The notes: generated by a model not told the origin, from the sequence alone. A DNA stretch of 64,000 nt from Clostridia bacterium (GCA_017937065.1 JAGBEI010000013.1:95333-159332); one strand, 5' to 3'. Counted from the first letter of the stretch, positions 1-10,099 are shown. Translations and numbers: made by a program.

Positions 1-40
1 AATTTCAGTTTATTTATCCGAGCTTAAACTCTTGCGGCGT

Positions 41-1786
41 CTATCTGCCGAATTTGAGGCTCTCCTCGACATACGACTGGACGAGCCCCGACGCCTTGGC
101 AGCCTCCGTCTTTACATTATATTCCGAGCTGCCGTAAAAGGCGCTGAAGAAATTGGTGTCCGACACAACCGACGAGCCTTCGAAATCGTTCATTGCAAGC
201 CCGAAAACAACATTGCGCGTTACAAAGTCAAAATATTGCTTTCTCTGCTTGTAGTTAAAGTTATAATACTCAAAGGTATTAAGGTTATCAAACAGCGATT
301 CCGTAAAGCGCGTAGCCCACAGCTCCATGAATTTAAGAGCGATATCCACGTTATACTCATGCACCGTCTTTTGCGGAAGCATCATGCCGAAACCGTAATA
401 CTGGCAGATTTCCTGACCGTACGGGTTATTGGATTTCGGATACGGAACCCAGTTAATCCGGATATTTTTCGAATACTCCGTATCGCGGTAGACCTGAGTG
501 AACATAGTCGCCGACATCAGGGTCGTGCCCTCGTACAGACCCAAATGCGCCTGCTCCATACCCTCGCCGTCTGCATCGCTGCCGAACTCGACGGAATTAT
601 GGACGCTTGTGATAAACTCCCACGCCTCAAGCGTTTTGGGATTATCCCACGCGGTCATAACGGCGGGAACGCTGTTATTTGCGTCTATCTTTATATAAAC
701 ACAGCCGTTGGTGGAGGGCCAGATATAGGACGCATTATGGCTCCACTCTACAAACGCGGTGAGCTTCTGCCCGGTTTTTGTAACACTCGGTGCGGACAGC
801 AGGAAGTTTTTGAAGGAGTCCCAGTTCCACACGCCCTTTTCCCACATTACATGCGGGTCGGAAAGCCCGAGCTCCTGCGCTAAGGTCTGGTTATACCACA
901 GCACGTCGACGCAGCCTATGGGAGATACAAGCCGCAGAGTATTTCCCCACTTGCACAGATCCATCGTCATTTTGCATACGCCGGGCGAAGAGCCGAGATT
1001 ATTGATACTTATAAGATCTGTAATATTGCGGGAGATACACAGCGCCGACGGGAAAACGACATGATTTGAATAAATAATGTCGCACGCCTTTCCGGCGTTC
1101 ATCGCCTGAAGTGCCGCCTGAGTGGAGGCGGAGTGCTGCTTGACGGTGTACTTTATGTCAAGTCCCAGCTCGCTCCTGAGCAGCTTAAACCACTCCCATT
1201 CGTCAATAAGCTCTCCGCTTTCGCTGCGGTAAGACCACGCGGCAAAATTATCGGCAGTAAAGAACGAAAGAGAATGACCGCGCAGCGATGACAGCCTTGT
1301 ACCGGAACGGACAAAGCCCGTATCGTCAATATCAAATGACGGGAGCGCAGTTTTATTCGGCACCCTGTCACGGTTTATAAGCGGGTTTTGGTCAAAGTTG
1401 TACTTGGAAGCCTCTGTCGCACGGCGTTCCGACTTTACAAGCCCCTGATCCTTTGGGGAAACATAATAGTCACCCGTTGTCGCATACTCCGAATTCAGGC
1501 GGTAGTCCTTGTCAATCTCATCGTCGGGCACCGTGGACACCACATATCCGTCATCGTCCTCGACATAATACGCCCGCTTTTGAGGCGCACTGCCGTCATC
1601 AGCACTGTCTGCCGACGCCCCCGACCCGCTGTTATTATTATCTTCCGCACCGTCAGTTTCGGACGCGTCCTGCTCTGCATCGACAAAGCCGTGCTCCTCA
1701 GCGGCGCTGTTTTGCCGGCAGGACGTAACGGAAACAAGCATAAGCAGAACGAGAACGGCAGCAATATATCTTGAAAACCTGCTCAC
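41..1786 (-). CDS. Extracellular solute-binding lipoprotein (large ABC-transporter substrate-binding protein, sugar-type)
   Basis: 581-aa ORF with a GTG start and GGAG about 6 nt upstream. Signal peptide with lipobox (LVSVTS-C), then an acidic/Ser-rich linker and a long W/Y/N-rich globular domain typical of sugar SBPs. Family assigned by general resemblance only. Confidence 0.55.
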   Translation of the reverse strand: MSRFSRYIAAVLVLLMLVSVTSCRQNSAAEEHGFVDAEQDASETDGAEDNNNSGSGASADSADDGSAPQKRAYYVEDDDGYVVSTVPDDEIDKDYRLNSEYATTGDYYVSPKDQGLVKSERRATEASKYNFDQNPLINRDRVPNKTALPSFDIDDTGFVRSGTRLSSLRGHSLSFFTADNFAAWSYRSESGELIDEWEWFKLLRSELGLDIKYTVKQHSASTQAALQAMNAGKACDIIYSNHVVFPSALCISRNITDLISINNLGSSPGVCKMTMDLCKWGNTLRLVSPIGCVDVLWYNQTLAQELGLSDPHVMWEKGVWNWDSFKNFLLSAPSVTKTGQKLTAFVEWSHNASYIWPSTNGCVYIKIDANNSVPAVMTAWDNPKTLEAWEFITSVHNSVEFGSDADGEGMEQAHLGLYEGTTLMSATMFTQVYRDTEYSKNIRINWVPYPKSNNPYGQEICQYYGFGMMLPQKTVHEYNVDIALKFMELWATRFTESLFDNLNTFEYYNFNYKQRKQYFDFVTRNVVFGLAMNDFEGSSVVSDTNFFSAFYGSSEYNVKTEAAKASGLVQSYVEESLKFGR

Positions 1787-2025
1787 GTTAATCTCCTTTC
1801 AAACCTCTGCGGTTTGTCTGTATAAATAAGTATATAAAATCCGAAAAATAGTTGTCAATATGAATTTGCACTTATATATGTAAAAACAAATGTAAAATGT
1901 TGCAGTTTTTTCAAAAATTAATAATAAAAACAAAAATTTGTTGAACCTGCCGAAAACGGTACGGATAATTTGTTGAATATGCACATTATAAAATCCCGCA
2001 CGTTTAAACGGACGGGATTAAAAAG

Positions 2026-2505
2026 CTACTTATGATAAATTTCATTTCTGCGTATTTTATACGAGCGGTAAAGCTGTTCAAGCAGCATACAGCGGGCAAG
2101 CTGGTGGGGAAATGTCATGCGCGACATCGAAAGGCGCAGTCCGCACTTGCTCTTGAGCTGTTCGGACATACCGTGAGAGGAACCGACAAACAGCGCGGCT
2201 TTGCCGCTGTATGCCATCGCGTCCCTTAGCGTTTGCGCCAGCATTTCGGAGGACATCTCATTGCCCTCGATACACATCGCGATTTTAAATGCGTCGGCAG
2301 GAGCGCAGGACAGCATCTGCTCGCCCTCCCTTTCGAGAGCGCGCGCTATCTCTGAGGGCGACGGGCTTTGAGGCAGGCGGCTTTCGGGCAGCTCGGTTAT
2401 TTTAAGAGTGCAAAACCTGCTCAGACGCTTTACATATTCGCCGCACAGCTCACGCATGAATTTTTCCTTCAGGCTGCCGATGCATATAATATCAAGCCTT
2501 TCCAC
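2026..2505 (-). CDS. rlmH: 23S rRNA (pseudouridine1915-N3)-methyltransferase RlmH (SPOUT)
   Basis: 159 aa. The C-terminal LSMSRMTFPHQLARCMLLEQLYRSYKIRRNEIYHK matches the characteristic RlmH tail. Confidence 0.9.
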   Translation of the reverse strand: MERLDIICIGSLKEKFMRELCGEYVKRLSRFCTLKITELPESRLPQSPSPSEIARALEREGEQMLSCAPADAFKIAMCIEGNEMSSEMLAQTLRDAMAYSGKAALFVGSSHGMSEQLKSKCGLRLSMSRMTFPHQLARCMLLEQLYRSYKIRRNEIYHK

Positions 2506-3034
2506 GCAGTATCCTTTCCGCCTTCAGCAGAGCAAGCTGTGTTTTCCCGTCGGTAAGCGTGCCGTCATACACGGCTTTCAGAGCCTTTTCAAACGGCATT
2601 TTCACAATATCGATAAATTCTCCCTCGTCGGGATGGCTTTGCCCCTGCGAAAGCTCCAGTGCAAGATAAATATAAGTACGCTCCGAGTCGTATGCGGGGG
2701 TTGCCTCCATAAAGCCCAGAGGTATCACGCGCCCGGCTTTCAGCCCAAGCTCCTCCGAAAGCTCACGCAGGGCGCAGGTTTCGGGGTTTTCGCCCTTTTC
2801 CAGCTTGCCGGCGCATATTTCCGTAAGAACACATCCGGCGCCCGCACGGAACTGGCGTACAAGCGTGATATTGCCCTCGTCATCCACAGGCAGTATTCCC
2901 GCGCCGCCCGGATGCAGCACAAGCTCACGGCTTGCCGTGCTACCGTCCTCCAGCTCAACGCTGTCAAGCGCCGCTGTAAAAACTTTTCCTTCATATATAA
3001 TATTGCGCGACAGGGTTTTCTCCGATAAATGCAT
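2492..3034 (-). CDS. nudF: NUDIX hydrolase, ADP-ribose pyrophosphatase-like
   Basis: 180 aa with a Nudix box, GKLEKGENPETCALRELSEELG. Size and layout resemble NudF/YqkG. Confidence 0.75.
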   Translation of the reverse strand: MHLSEKTLSRNIIYEGKVFTAALDSVELEDGSTASRELVLHPGGAGILPVDDEGNITLVRQFRAGAGCVLTEICAGKLEKGENPETCALRELSEELGLKAGRVIPLGFMEATPAYDSERTYIYLALELSQGQSHPDEGEFIDIVKMPFEKALKAVYDGTLTDGKTQLALLKAERILRGKA

Positions 3035-3035
3035 T

Positions 3036-3476
3036 TCATTTTCTCCTTTGCAGATAATAATCTATTGCTTTTTTCATAAAATGTTCGCTTACTCCGAAAT
3101 ACTCGGCAAGCTCATATCGGGTATGAATCCCCGATTTACAGGCAAAAATCAGCGCATCAAAGGGCACACAGTGCAAAATCGCCCATTCGTCCGCCTTTTT
3201 CTCGCACTTCTCGCGCAGGGACAGGGGCGTGTACTGATTGTAAAACGCGCCCGTCCTGCAATGACCCAGCTCGTGCGCAAGCATGGTCTTTTGCTCCGAC
3301 TGACTGTAATTTCTGCTGTTGTCAAGACCTATCATGCAGCGCCCGTGCTCGTCCATCAGAGACATCGCGCGGCTTTCGGGCATACAAAAGCCCACAACGC
3401 CTACGCCCAGCGTATCCGCCAGCTCATAGAGCTGACTTATCTCCGTTATCCTCTCTTGCTTTAATGAATTTTGCAA
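3036..3476 (-). CDS. ImmA/IrrE-family metallopeptidase (DUF955/M78-like)
   Basis: 146 aa with the HEXXH motif HELGHC. Lies directly downstream of an XRE repressor gene and overlaps it, the classic ImmR/ImmA arrangement. The start is uncertain because of the 53-nt overlap with the XRE gene. Confidence 0.7.
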   Translation of the reverse strand: MQNSLKQERITEISQLYELADTLGVGVVGFCMPESRAMSLMDEHGRCMIGLDNSRNYSQSEQKTMLAHELGHCRTGAFYNQYTPLSLREKCEKKADEWAILHCVPFDALIFACKSGIHTRYELAEYFGVSEHFMKKAIDYYLQRRK

Positions 3477-3801
3477 AATTCTTCACCTCTTGAAGCATCT
3501 CGTCCGAGATATTGCCGTCGCCGAACAGCGCAAACTTGAGCGACTCGTCCGCTGACTGCTCGCTTTTTCTCTTTCCGAGATTAAGTTCGATAAGCTCGCT
3601 TTCCGGCACGCCCAGCGCCTTGGCAAGCTTTCTGATGGTGGCGCTTGTCGGGTTTACCTCTCTGCCCGAGCGCACGTCATAACCTTTTTCAATACTGTCA
3701 ATATGAGTATGGCTGATATTGCAAAGCCCTGCAAATTCCCGAAGCGACATTCCCATACTCAGACGGCGGCTTTTTACATATTCGCCTAAACTGTTATTCA
3801 T
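3424..3801 (-). CDS. XRE-family HTH transcriptional repressor (ImmR-like)
   Basis: 125 aa. N-terminal HTH_3 pattern (LGEYVKSRRLSMGMSLREFAGLCNISHTHIDSIEKG). AAGGGG RBS 9 nt upstream of the ATG. Confidence 0.85.
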   Translation of the reverse strand: MNNSLGEYVKSRRLSMGMSLREFAGLCNISHTHIDSIEKGYDVRSGREVNPTSATIRKLAKALGVPESELIELNLGKRKSEQSADESLKFALFGDGNISDEMLQEVKNFAKFIKAREDNGDKSAL

Positions 3802-3822
3802 TTTTTACACCCCTTTGTTTGT

Positions 3823-3851
3823 ATTGTAAATCATAAACAACGATTTGTCAA
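3823..3851 (-). promoter_or_regulatory. Sigma-A-type promoter for the XRE/ImmA operon (TTGACA-17-TACAAT)
   Basis: On the minus strand, TTGACA (3851-3846), a 17-nt spacer, then TACAAT (3828-3823), about 20 nt upstream of the RBS. Confidence 0.6.
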
Positions 3852-3878
3852 GTTTTTTTACAAAACAGTTGTTTTTAG

Positions 3879-3907
3879 TTGACAAAACATAGCCGCTGAT
3901 GTAAAAT
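3879..3907 (+). promoter_or_regulatory. Sigma-A-type promoter for the Zn-ribbon/sigma-r4-like gene (TTGACA-17-TAAAAT)
   Basis: TTGACA at 3879-3884, a 17-nt spacer, then TAAAAT at 3902-3907. Its -35 hexamer and that of the divergent promoter form the inverted repeat TTTGTCAA (3844-3851) / TTGACAAA (3879-3886). Confidence 0.6.
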
Positions 3908-3947
3908 ATAAAAAACAAAAGAATAGCAAAAAGGAGGATTGCGTAAA

Positions 3948-4463
3948 TTGAAAACAACAGAATATATATGCACTCATTGTCGAAAGCGTTTCAAAAATCC
4001 GACTGTAATTTATAACAGACATGTGACAGCGGCGCCGGAAAAGTACCAGAAAACTTACGGATGCCCCATATGCGGATACGAGGGTATCGAGGAAATACGT
4101 TCACTTCGCGCGACAAAAAACGAGCTGCGCCGTTACCTGCTGCTCTGCCGCGAGGTGGAAAAGGAAAGTACGCGGCTTACGGCAATGAAGGCACGCGGCG
4201 AGGATACGTCAGAGCTTTACGAGCTGATAGAAAACAACAAGCTGCGGTGTACGGCGCTGATGCTTAAAACCCAGCAGTTTATCTACTCTATTGACGATTC
4301 TCTCATGCGCCAGATTTTTGAGCTGCGCTATCTCAAGGGAATGAAATGGTCGGGCGTTGCCGCGGGGCTCGGCGGGTTTTATTCGCAGGATTATGTCAGA
4401 ATTACGCATGACAGATACCTCAAGGCACGGTGCGGCGACGTCATAACAGAAAATGAGACTTAA
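3948..4463 (+). CDS. Hypothetical regulator with an N-terminal CxxC...CxxC zinc ribbon and a C-terminal sigma-70 region-4-like HTH
   Basis: The ORF track starts at TTG 3939, only 1 nt after AAGGAGG, so the TTG at 3948 (10-nt spacing) is preferred. Contains CTHC...CPIC. The C-terminal RQIFELRYLKGMKWSGVAAGLG...YVRITHDRYLKA resembles sigma-70 r4 / phage late-regulator HTHs. Confidence 0.5.
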   Translation: MKTTEYICTHCRKRFKNPTVIYNRHVTAAPEKYQKTYGCPICGYEGIEEIRSLRATKNELRRYLLLCREVEKESTRLTAMKARGEDTSELYELIENNKLRCTALMLKTQQFIYSIDDSLMRQIFELRYLKGMKWSGVAAGLGGFYSQDYVRITHDRYLKARCGDVITENET

Positions 4464-4479
4464 AAAGTAAAAGTTTTTC

Positions 4480-4509
4480 TTTACATTTTTGCATTGTTTA
4501 TTATATAAT
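4480..4509 (+). promoter_or_regulatory. Candidate guaB promoter (TTTACA-18-TATAAT)
   Basis: TTTACA at 4480-4485 and TATAAT at 4504-4509, about 40 nt upstream of the guaB ATG. Confidence 0.5.
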
Positions 4510-4547
4510 AAATGATAATATAAAAATATGTAAAAAGGAGTGTTTTC

Positions 4548-6047
4548 ATGGCGTTTTATTATGATGAGCCGTCACATACCTTCAGTGAATATCTGCTTGT
4601 GCCCGGATACAGCAGCGCGCAGTGCATACCCGCAAATGTGTCGCTTAAAACACCGCTTGTAAAATACAAGAGCAATGAGCAGCCGGCGCTTACTCTGAAT
4701 ACGCCGCTTGTTTCGGCGATAATGCAGTCGGTTTCCAACGACACAATGGCAATAGCGCTTGCCAGAGAGGGCGGCGTATCGTTTATTTACGGTTCGCAGA
4801 CGGTACAGGCGCAGGCGGACATGGTGCGCCGCGTTAAAAATTACAAGGCGGGCTTTGTCACCTCCGCCTCCAACATAAAGCCCGACGCGACGCTTGCCGA
4901 TATACTGGAGCTAAAGCGCAAAAACGGCTTTTCCACCGTTGCCGTCACCGACGACGGCACGGCGCACGGCAAGCTCCTCGGTATGGTCACAAGCCGCGAT
5001 TACCGTATTTCGCGCATGGACACCTCCGAGCGTGTCGAGAGCTTTATGACTCCGTTTTCAAAGCTGATTACGGCGCCCGCCTCAACTACTCTTAAAGAGG
5101 CAAACGATATAATATGGGATCACAAGCTCAACGCACTGCCGCTTATAAATGACGACAATACGCTCTACGCATTCGTTTTCCGCAAGGACTACGACCAGCA
5201 CAAGGAAAACCCCTGCGAGCTGCTGGACTCGCAGAAACGGTATATAGTCGGGGCGGGAATAAACACACGCGACTATGCCGAGCGCGTTCCTGCGCTGATA
5301 GAAGCAGGCGCGGACGTGCTTTGCATCGACTCATCGGAAGGCTTTTCGGAATGGCAGAGCCGCACAATCGCCTGGATCAGGGAACGCTACGGCGACAGCG
5401 TAAAGGTAGGCGCGGGCAATGTTGTAGACGCTGACGGATTCAGGTTTTTGGCGGACGCGGGCGCAGATTTCATAAAAATCGGCATCGGCGGCGGCTCAAT
5501 CTGCATAACGCGCGAAACAAAGGGTATCGGGCGCGGACAGGCAACGGCGGTCATAGACGTTGCAAGGGCGAGAGACGAATACCTTAAAGAGACCGGCGTA
5601 TATATCCCGATATGCTCTGACGGCGGAATCGTGCACGACTATCACATCACGCTGGCACTGGCGATGGGCTGTGATTTTTGTATGCTCGGCAGGTATTTTT
5701 CGCGGTTTGACGAGTCGCCCACAAATAAAATTCTTGTCAACGGCAGCTATATGAAGGAGTATTGGGGCGAGGGCTCGGCGCGCGCGCGCAACTGGCAGCG
5801 CTACGACCTGGGCGGTGACAGAAAGCTGTCCTTTGTCGAGGGAGTAGACTGCTACGTGCCGTATGCCGGCTCGCTGCATGATAACCTTGCTGTTACGCTC
5901 AGCAAAATAAAGCATACCATGTGCAACTGCGGCGCACTCACAATCCCGGAGCTTCAGCAGAAGGCAAAGCTGACCCTTGTCAGCTCCACCTCCATTGTCG
6001 AAGGCGGCGCACACGACGTGCTTGTAAAGGACTCATCAAATAAATAA
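4548..6047 (+). CDS. guaB: IMP dehydrogenase (with CBS pair)
   Basis: 499 aa. Catalytic loop [12 protein letters not shown], a CBS-type insert and a TIM-barrel pattern. AAAGGAG RBS. Confidence 0.85.
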   Translation: MAFYYDEPSHTFSEYLLVPGYSSAQCIPANVSLKTPLVKYKSNEQPALTLNTPLVSAIMQSVSNDTMAIALAREGGVSFIYGSQTVQAQADMVRRVKNYKAGFVTSASNIKPDATLADILELKRKNGFSTVAVTDDGTAHGKLLGMVTSRDYRISRMDTSERVESFMTPFSKLITAPASTTLKEANDIIWDHKLNALPLINDDNTLYAFVFRKDYDQHKENPCELLDSQKRYIVGAGINTRDYAERVPALIEAGADVLCIDSSEGFSEWQSRTIAWIRERYGDSVKVGAGNVVDADGFRFLADAGADFIKIGIGGGSICITRETKGIGRGQATAVIDVARARDEYLKETGVYIPICSDGGIVHDYHITLALAMGCDFCMLGRYFSRFDESPTNKILVNGSYMKEYWGEGSARARNWQRYDLGGDRKLSFVEGVDCYVPYAGSLHDNLAVTLSKIKHTMCNCGALTIPELQQKAKLTLVSSTSIVEGGAHDVLVKDSSNK

Positions 6048-6080
6048 TCCATCTCTGCGTCAGGCAGAATAACTTAAATA

Positions 6081-6110
6081 AAAAACGACGGTTTAGACCG
6101 TCGTTTTTAA
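6081..6110 (+). terminator. Rho-independent terminator after guaB
   Basis: ACGACGG-loop-CCGTCGT followed by TTTTT, nested in an outer GGCAGAAT/ATTCTGCC stem (6063-6117). Confidence 0.8.
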
Positions 6111-6228
6111 TTCTGCCGAAAACTATTCCGCAATGCTGAAAAACACCTGCTTTTTTTAAAAAGTTCATGACAATTTAAAATATATATGTTATAATGTATG
6201 GTACTAATTTGAAACTATGGTGATATAG

Positions 6229-7149
6229 ATGAACAAAACCGCAAAAATCCTTGCCGCAGTCGGTGCTGCGGCGGCGAGTGCGGCGGCGCTCACAGTCAGT
6301 ACGGTGTCTGACTATGCAATTAACGCACGCTCAAAAATGTTTGCAGACAGACACGCGGGTGAAGCACCTTTGCCTCAGAGCAGACGCACGGTGCCGGTGA
6401 CAATACAAAACAGCGACGGGTTAAAGCTTACGGGACATTATCTGCCTGCCGAGAATCCGAAAAGAACGGTCATTGCCGTTCACGGCTGGAGGTCGTCCTG
6501 GCAGCATGACTTTCGCAGTCAATGCGGGATTTTGGAATCGCTGGACTGCAACGTACTGTTTATCGACCAGCGCGCGCACGGCAGCAGTGAAGGAAAATAT
6601 ATAGGCTTCGGCATTACCGAGCGCTTTGACTGTCTTGAATGGCTGAATTTTACAGAAGCGCACAATAAGGAAAATCTGCCGATTTACCTTTTCGGCATAT
6701 CCATGGGCGCGACAACCGTAATGCTGGCAAGCGAGCTTATAGGCCCGGGGCGGGTTTCGGGAATTATCGCGGACTGCGGCTTTACCTCTGCCGGCGACAT
6801 CTGGCGGTATGCCATAAATCAAAAGGCAAGACACGGCAGCAGCGGCTTTTACCGCCTGTCTGACCTTCGCTGCATTCGCAAAGCCGGCTATCGTGGCGAT
6901 ACCCGCTCGACAGTGCAGGCATTGAAAAACACAGACATTCCGCTGCTTTTTTTCCACGGCAGTGAAGATAAATTTGTTCCGGCCTGCATGAGCCGCACAA
7001 GCTATGAAAGCTGTGCCTCACGAAAACGGCTTGTTATCGTGGACGGCGCAAAGCATAACGGCAGCTGCCGCGCCGATCCCCCGCGGTACAGACAGGAACT
7101 TGAGAACTTTTTCAACAACAACGAAACGGTAGTAACAGATGACACTTAA
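6229..7149 (+). CDS. Alpha/beta-hydrolase (membrane-anchored or secreted esterase/lipase-like)
   Basis: 306 aa. N-terminal hydrophobic segment, nucleophile elbow GISMGA (GxSxG), and an HG motif (AVHGW). Confidence 0.75.
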   Translation: MNKTAKILAAVGAAAASAAALTVSTVSDYAINARSKMFADRHAGEAPLPQSRRTVPVTIQNSDGLKLTGHYLPAENPKRTVIAVHGWRSSWQHDFRSQCGILESLDCNVLFIDQRAHGSSEGKYIGFGITERFDCLEWLNFTEAHNKENLPIYLFGISMGATTVMLASELIGPGRVSGIIADCGFTSAGDIWRYAINQKARHGSSGFYRLSDLRCIRKAGYRGDTRSTVQALKNTDIPLLFFHGSEDKFVPACMSRTSYESCASRKRLVIVDGAKHNGSCRADPPRYRQELENFFNNNETVVTDDT

Positions 7150-10099
7150 CAATAATCAAAATACACGGCACGGTGAAAAAAGTCCGCTGTCGCTGGGCAT
7201 TGATATAGGCTCCACCACGGCAAAGCTCATTATCACGCAGCAAGGCAAGGTCATTTACGAAAAATACGAACGCCATTTTTCAAAGGTTCGCCGCAAGCTG
7301 CTTGAAATGCTGAAAGAGGTATCCGATATTCTAAACGGCAGGCAGTTCACCGCCGCCATATCCGGCTCGGCGGGGTTCGGGCTTGCTCAGAGCATAGGTC
7401 TTGCCTTTGTGCAGGAGGTTTTTGTGGTCGGCAAGGTAATCAGCACGCTGGAGCCGGATACAAAAGCCGTTATAGAGCTGGGCGGCGAAGATGCAAAAAT
7501 TATCTTCTTTGACGGCGGCACCGATGAACGCATGAACGGCAGCTGCGCCGGAGGCACAGGCGCATTTATCGACCAGATGGCATCGCTTTTGAATATCACG
7601 GTTGATGAAATGGACACGCTGGCGCTTGAACACAGGAAAATATACCCCATTGCCTCGCGCTGCGGTGTTTTTGCAAAAACGGATATTCAGCCGCTGCTCA
7701 ATCAGGGCGCGGCAAAGCCGGATATCGCCGCTTCCATTTTTCAGGCAGTAGTAAACCAGACGATTGCGGGTTTGGCACAGGGAAGAAAAATCAGCGGCAA
7801 GGTTTTGTTTTTAGGCGGACCGCTGTATTACTGCAAAGGCTTGCAGCAGCGCTTTAAGGAGACGCTGGGGCTGTCGGACGACGAAGCCGTTTTCCCCGAA
7901 TACGCGCGCTACGCCGTAGCGCTGGGTACCGCTTTATATGCCGCCGAGTGCGCAGATACGCTGAATTTCGAAGAGCTCTGCACGTCAATAGAGCGCAGTA
8001 TGGGCGACAAGCCGATAATTTCCGCGCTGCCGCCGCTGTTCAAATCACAGAACGAGTACGACAGCTTTAAGGAACGCCACGCAAGCGCCGACGTGCCGCG
8101 GCTGAGCATAGATGATTATTCGGGAAAAGCATATATCGGCATTGACTGCGGAAGCACCACGACAAAGCTTGTTCTTCTGTCAGACAAAAAGGAAATACTC
8201 TACACATATTATTCCTCCAATCACGGTAATCCCGTCGATATTGTCAGAGAGCAGTTAAGTCGGATTTATAAGCTGTGCGGGGACAAAATCACAATCGCGG
8301 GCAGCGCCGTCACCGGCTACGGCGAGGAGCTTGTCAAAAACGCCTTCGGCGCGGACATCGGCGTTGTGGAAACGATTGCGCACTATACCGCCGCGAAATA
8401 CTTTTGTCCTAAGGTGGACTTTATACTTGACATAGGCGGTCAGGACATAAAGTGCTTTAAAATACAAAACGGCGCCATTGACAGCATAATGCTCAACGAG
8501 GCGTGCTCGTCGGGCTGCGGCTCGTTTATCGAAACATTTGCGCGCTCAATGGGCTATGAGGTGCCCGAGTTTGCCCAAAAGGGACTCTTTGCGCAGGCTC
8601 CCGTGGATTTGGGCAGCCGCTGCACCGTGTTTATGAACTCGTCTGTCAAGCAGGCGCAAAAAGACGGCGTCAGTGTCGGCGATATATCTGCCGGGCTTTC
8701 CGTCAGCGTTGTCAAAAACGCGGTATACAAGGTCATACGCGCCGCCGACGTGTCGGAGCTGGGCGAAAACATAATAGTGCAGGGCGGTACGTTTTTAAAC
8801 GACGCCGTACTGCGCGCCTTTGAAAGAGAGCTGGGACGCAACGTAATACGCCCCGCCATATCCGGGCTTATGGGCGCATACGGCGCGGCGCTTATCGCAA
8901 TGAGATGTACCTCATCCTCCATAATTTCCGCAGATAAGCTGAAAAGCTTTTCCCATACATCAAAAACCGCGGTCTGCAAGGGCTGTACTAACCACTGTAC
9001 ACTCACCGTAAACACCTTTGCCGACGGAAAGAAATACATTTCGGGCAACAGATGCGATAAGGGACTGGGAAACCTTAAGCAGCATGAGCCGCTGCCCGAC
9101 CTTTACGAATACAAGCTCAAAAAGCTGAACACATATCAGGGCGGAAGCGGGAAGCGCGGCAGAATAGGTCTGCCCATGGCTCTGGGCATGTACGAGCTTT
9201 TGCCGCTGTGGCACGGAATTTTCAATGCCCTCGGCTTTGAAACGGTGCTCTCGGGCGGCTCGACGCGGCGCGTGTACGAAAAGGGACAGTTTACAATCCC
9301 GTCCGACACAGCATGCTATCCCGCAAAGCTTATGCACGGGCATATAATGAACCTCCTGGATGCGGGAGTAGACGCAATATTCTATCCCTGTCTCACATAC
9401 AATGTTGACGAAAAATCGTCGGACAATCACTACAACTGCCCTGTCGTTGCATACTATCCGGAGCTTCTTGCGGGAAATATAGACGGGCTGAGCAAGGATA
9501 TGTTTTTATATTCGTACCTTAATATAAACAGCAGCCGCGTACTGGTGCGCGGGCTTGCCGAATGTCTTTCAAAGCGTTTCGGGAACATACCCAAAAAGGA
9601 GATCAGCCGTGCGGTAAAGCTCGGCTTTGATGAGTATAACCGGTATATTGAGGATATACGCCGAGAGGGAGAGCGCGCGCTGAAATTTGCCGAGAATACG
9701 GGACGGCGGGTTATGATACTTGCGGGAAGACCGTACCATATAGACAGCGAAATCTGCCACGGTATCAACAAGCTGGCTCAGATGCTGAACTTTGTCGTTG
9801 TAAGCGAGGACAGTATCTGCCATTTGGCAAACACACCGCAGGTGCGCGTGCTCAACCAGTGGACATATCACTCACGGCTGTACCGCGCGGCGCAGTTTGC
9901 AGTGCGAAATCCCAACACGGAGCTTGTCCAGCTTGTATCCTTCGGCTGCGGAGTCGACGCCATAACAACCGACGAGGTGCGCCGAATACTGGAGGACGGC
10001 GGAAAATACTACACACAGATAAAAATTGATGAAATTACAAATCTCGGCGCGGTCAGAATCCGTCTCCGCAGTCTTTTGGGCGCGCTGGATATGAGGTGA
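7139..10099 (+). CDS. Acyl-CoA dehydratase activase-related fusion: two BcrAD/BadFG/HgdC-type ATPase domains plus a dehydratase-like C-terminal domain
   Basis: 986 aa. Two actin-fold ATPase starts (GIDIGSTTAKL and GIDCGSTTTKL). Each is followed by cluster-Cys motifs (NGSCAGGTGAF/RCGVFAKTD and NEACSSGCGSF/RCTVFMNSS), then a Cys-rich linker CKGCTNHC...NRC. Confidence 0.8.
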   Translation: MTLNNNQNTRHGEKSPLSLGIDIGSTTAKLIITQQGKVIYEKYERHFSKVRRKLLEMLKEVSDILNGRQFTAAISGSAGFGLAQSIGLAFVQEVFVVGKVISTLEPDTKAVIELGGEDAKIIFFDGGTDERMNGSCAGGTGAFIDQMASLLNITVDEMDTLALEHRKIYPIASRCGVFAKTDIQPLLNQGAAKPDIAASIFQAVVNQTIAGLAQGRKISGKVLFLGGPLYYCKGLQQRFKETLGLSDDEAVFPEYARYAVALGTALYAAECADTLNFEELCTSIERSMGDKPIISALPPLFKSQNEYDSFKERHASADVPRLSIDDYSGKAYIGIDCGSTTTKLVLLSDKKEILYTYYSSNHGNPVDIVREQLSRIYKLCGDKITIAGSAVTGYGEELVKNAFGADIGVVETIAHYTAAKYFCPKVDFILDIGGQDIKCFKIQNGAIDSIMLNEACSSGCGSFIETFARSMGYEVPEFAQKGLFAQAPVDLGSRCTVFMNSSVKQAQKDGVSVGDISAGLSVSVVKNAVYKVIRAADVSELGENIIVQGGTFLNDAVLRAFERELGRNVIRPAISGLMGAYGAALIAMRCTSSSIISADKLKSFSHTSKTAVCKGCTNHCTLTVNTFADGKKYISGNRCDKGLGNLKQHEPLPDLYEYKLKKLNTYQGGSGKRGRIGLPMALGMYELLPLWHGIFNALGFETVLSGGSTRRVYEKGQFTIPSDTACYPAKLMHGHIMNLLDAGVDAIFYPCLTYNVDEKSSDNHYNCPVVAYYPELLAGNIDGLSKDMFLYSYLNINSSRVLVRGLAECLSKRFGNIPKKEISRAVKLGFDEYNRYIEDIRREGERALKFAENTGRRVMILAGRPYHIDSEICHGINKLAQMLNFVVVSEDSICHLANTPQVRVLNQWTYHSRLYRAAQFAVRNPNTELVQLVSFGCGVDAITTDEVRRILEDGGKYYTQIKIDEITNLGAVRIRLRSLLGALDMR

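Noticed and set aside
15-28. A 14-nt identity (TATCCGAGCTTAAA) shared between the window start and the T-box leader at 35232-35245.
   Set aside because: A single 14-mer match in 64 kb on both strands is within chance expectation. There is no extended similarity around it.
32-883. A 283-aa plus-strand ORF at the window start.
   Set aside because: It is antisense to the solute-binding lipoprotein gene, which has a signal peptide, a lipobox and an RBS.
1799-1984. A 61-aa ORF in the AT-rich intergenic region upstream of the SBP gene.
   Set aside because: Low-complexity F/I/Y/K-rich translation of promoter DNA. No RBS.
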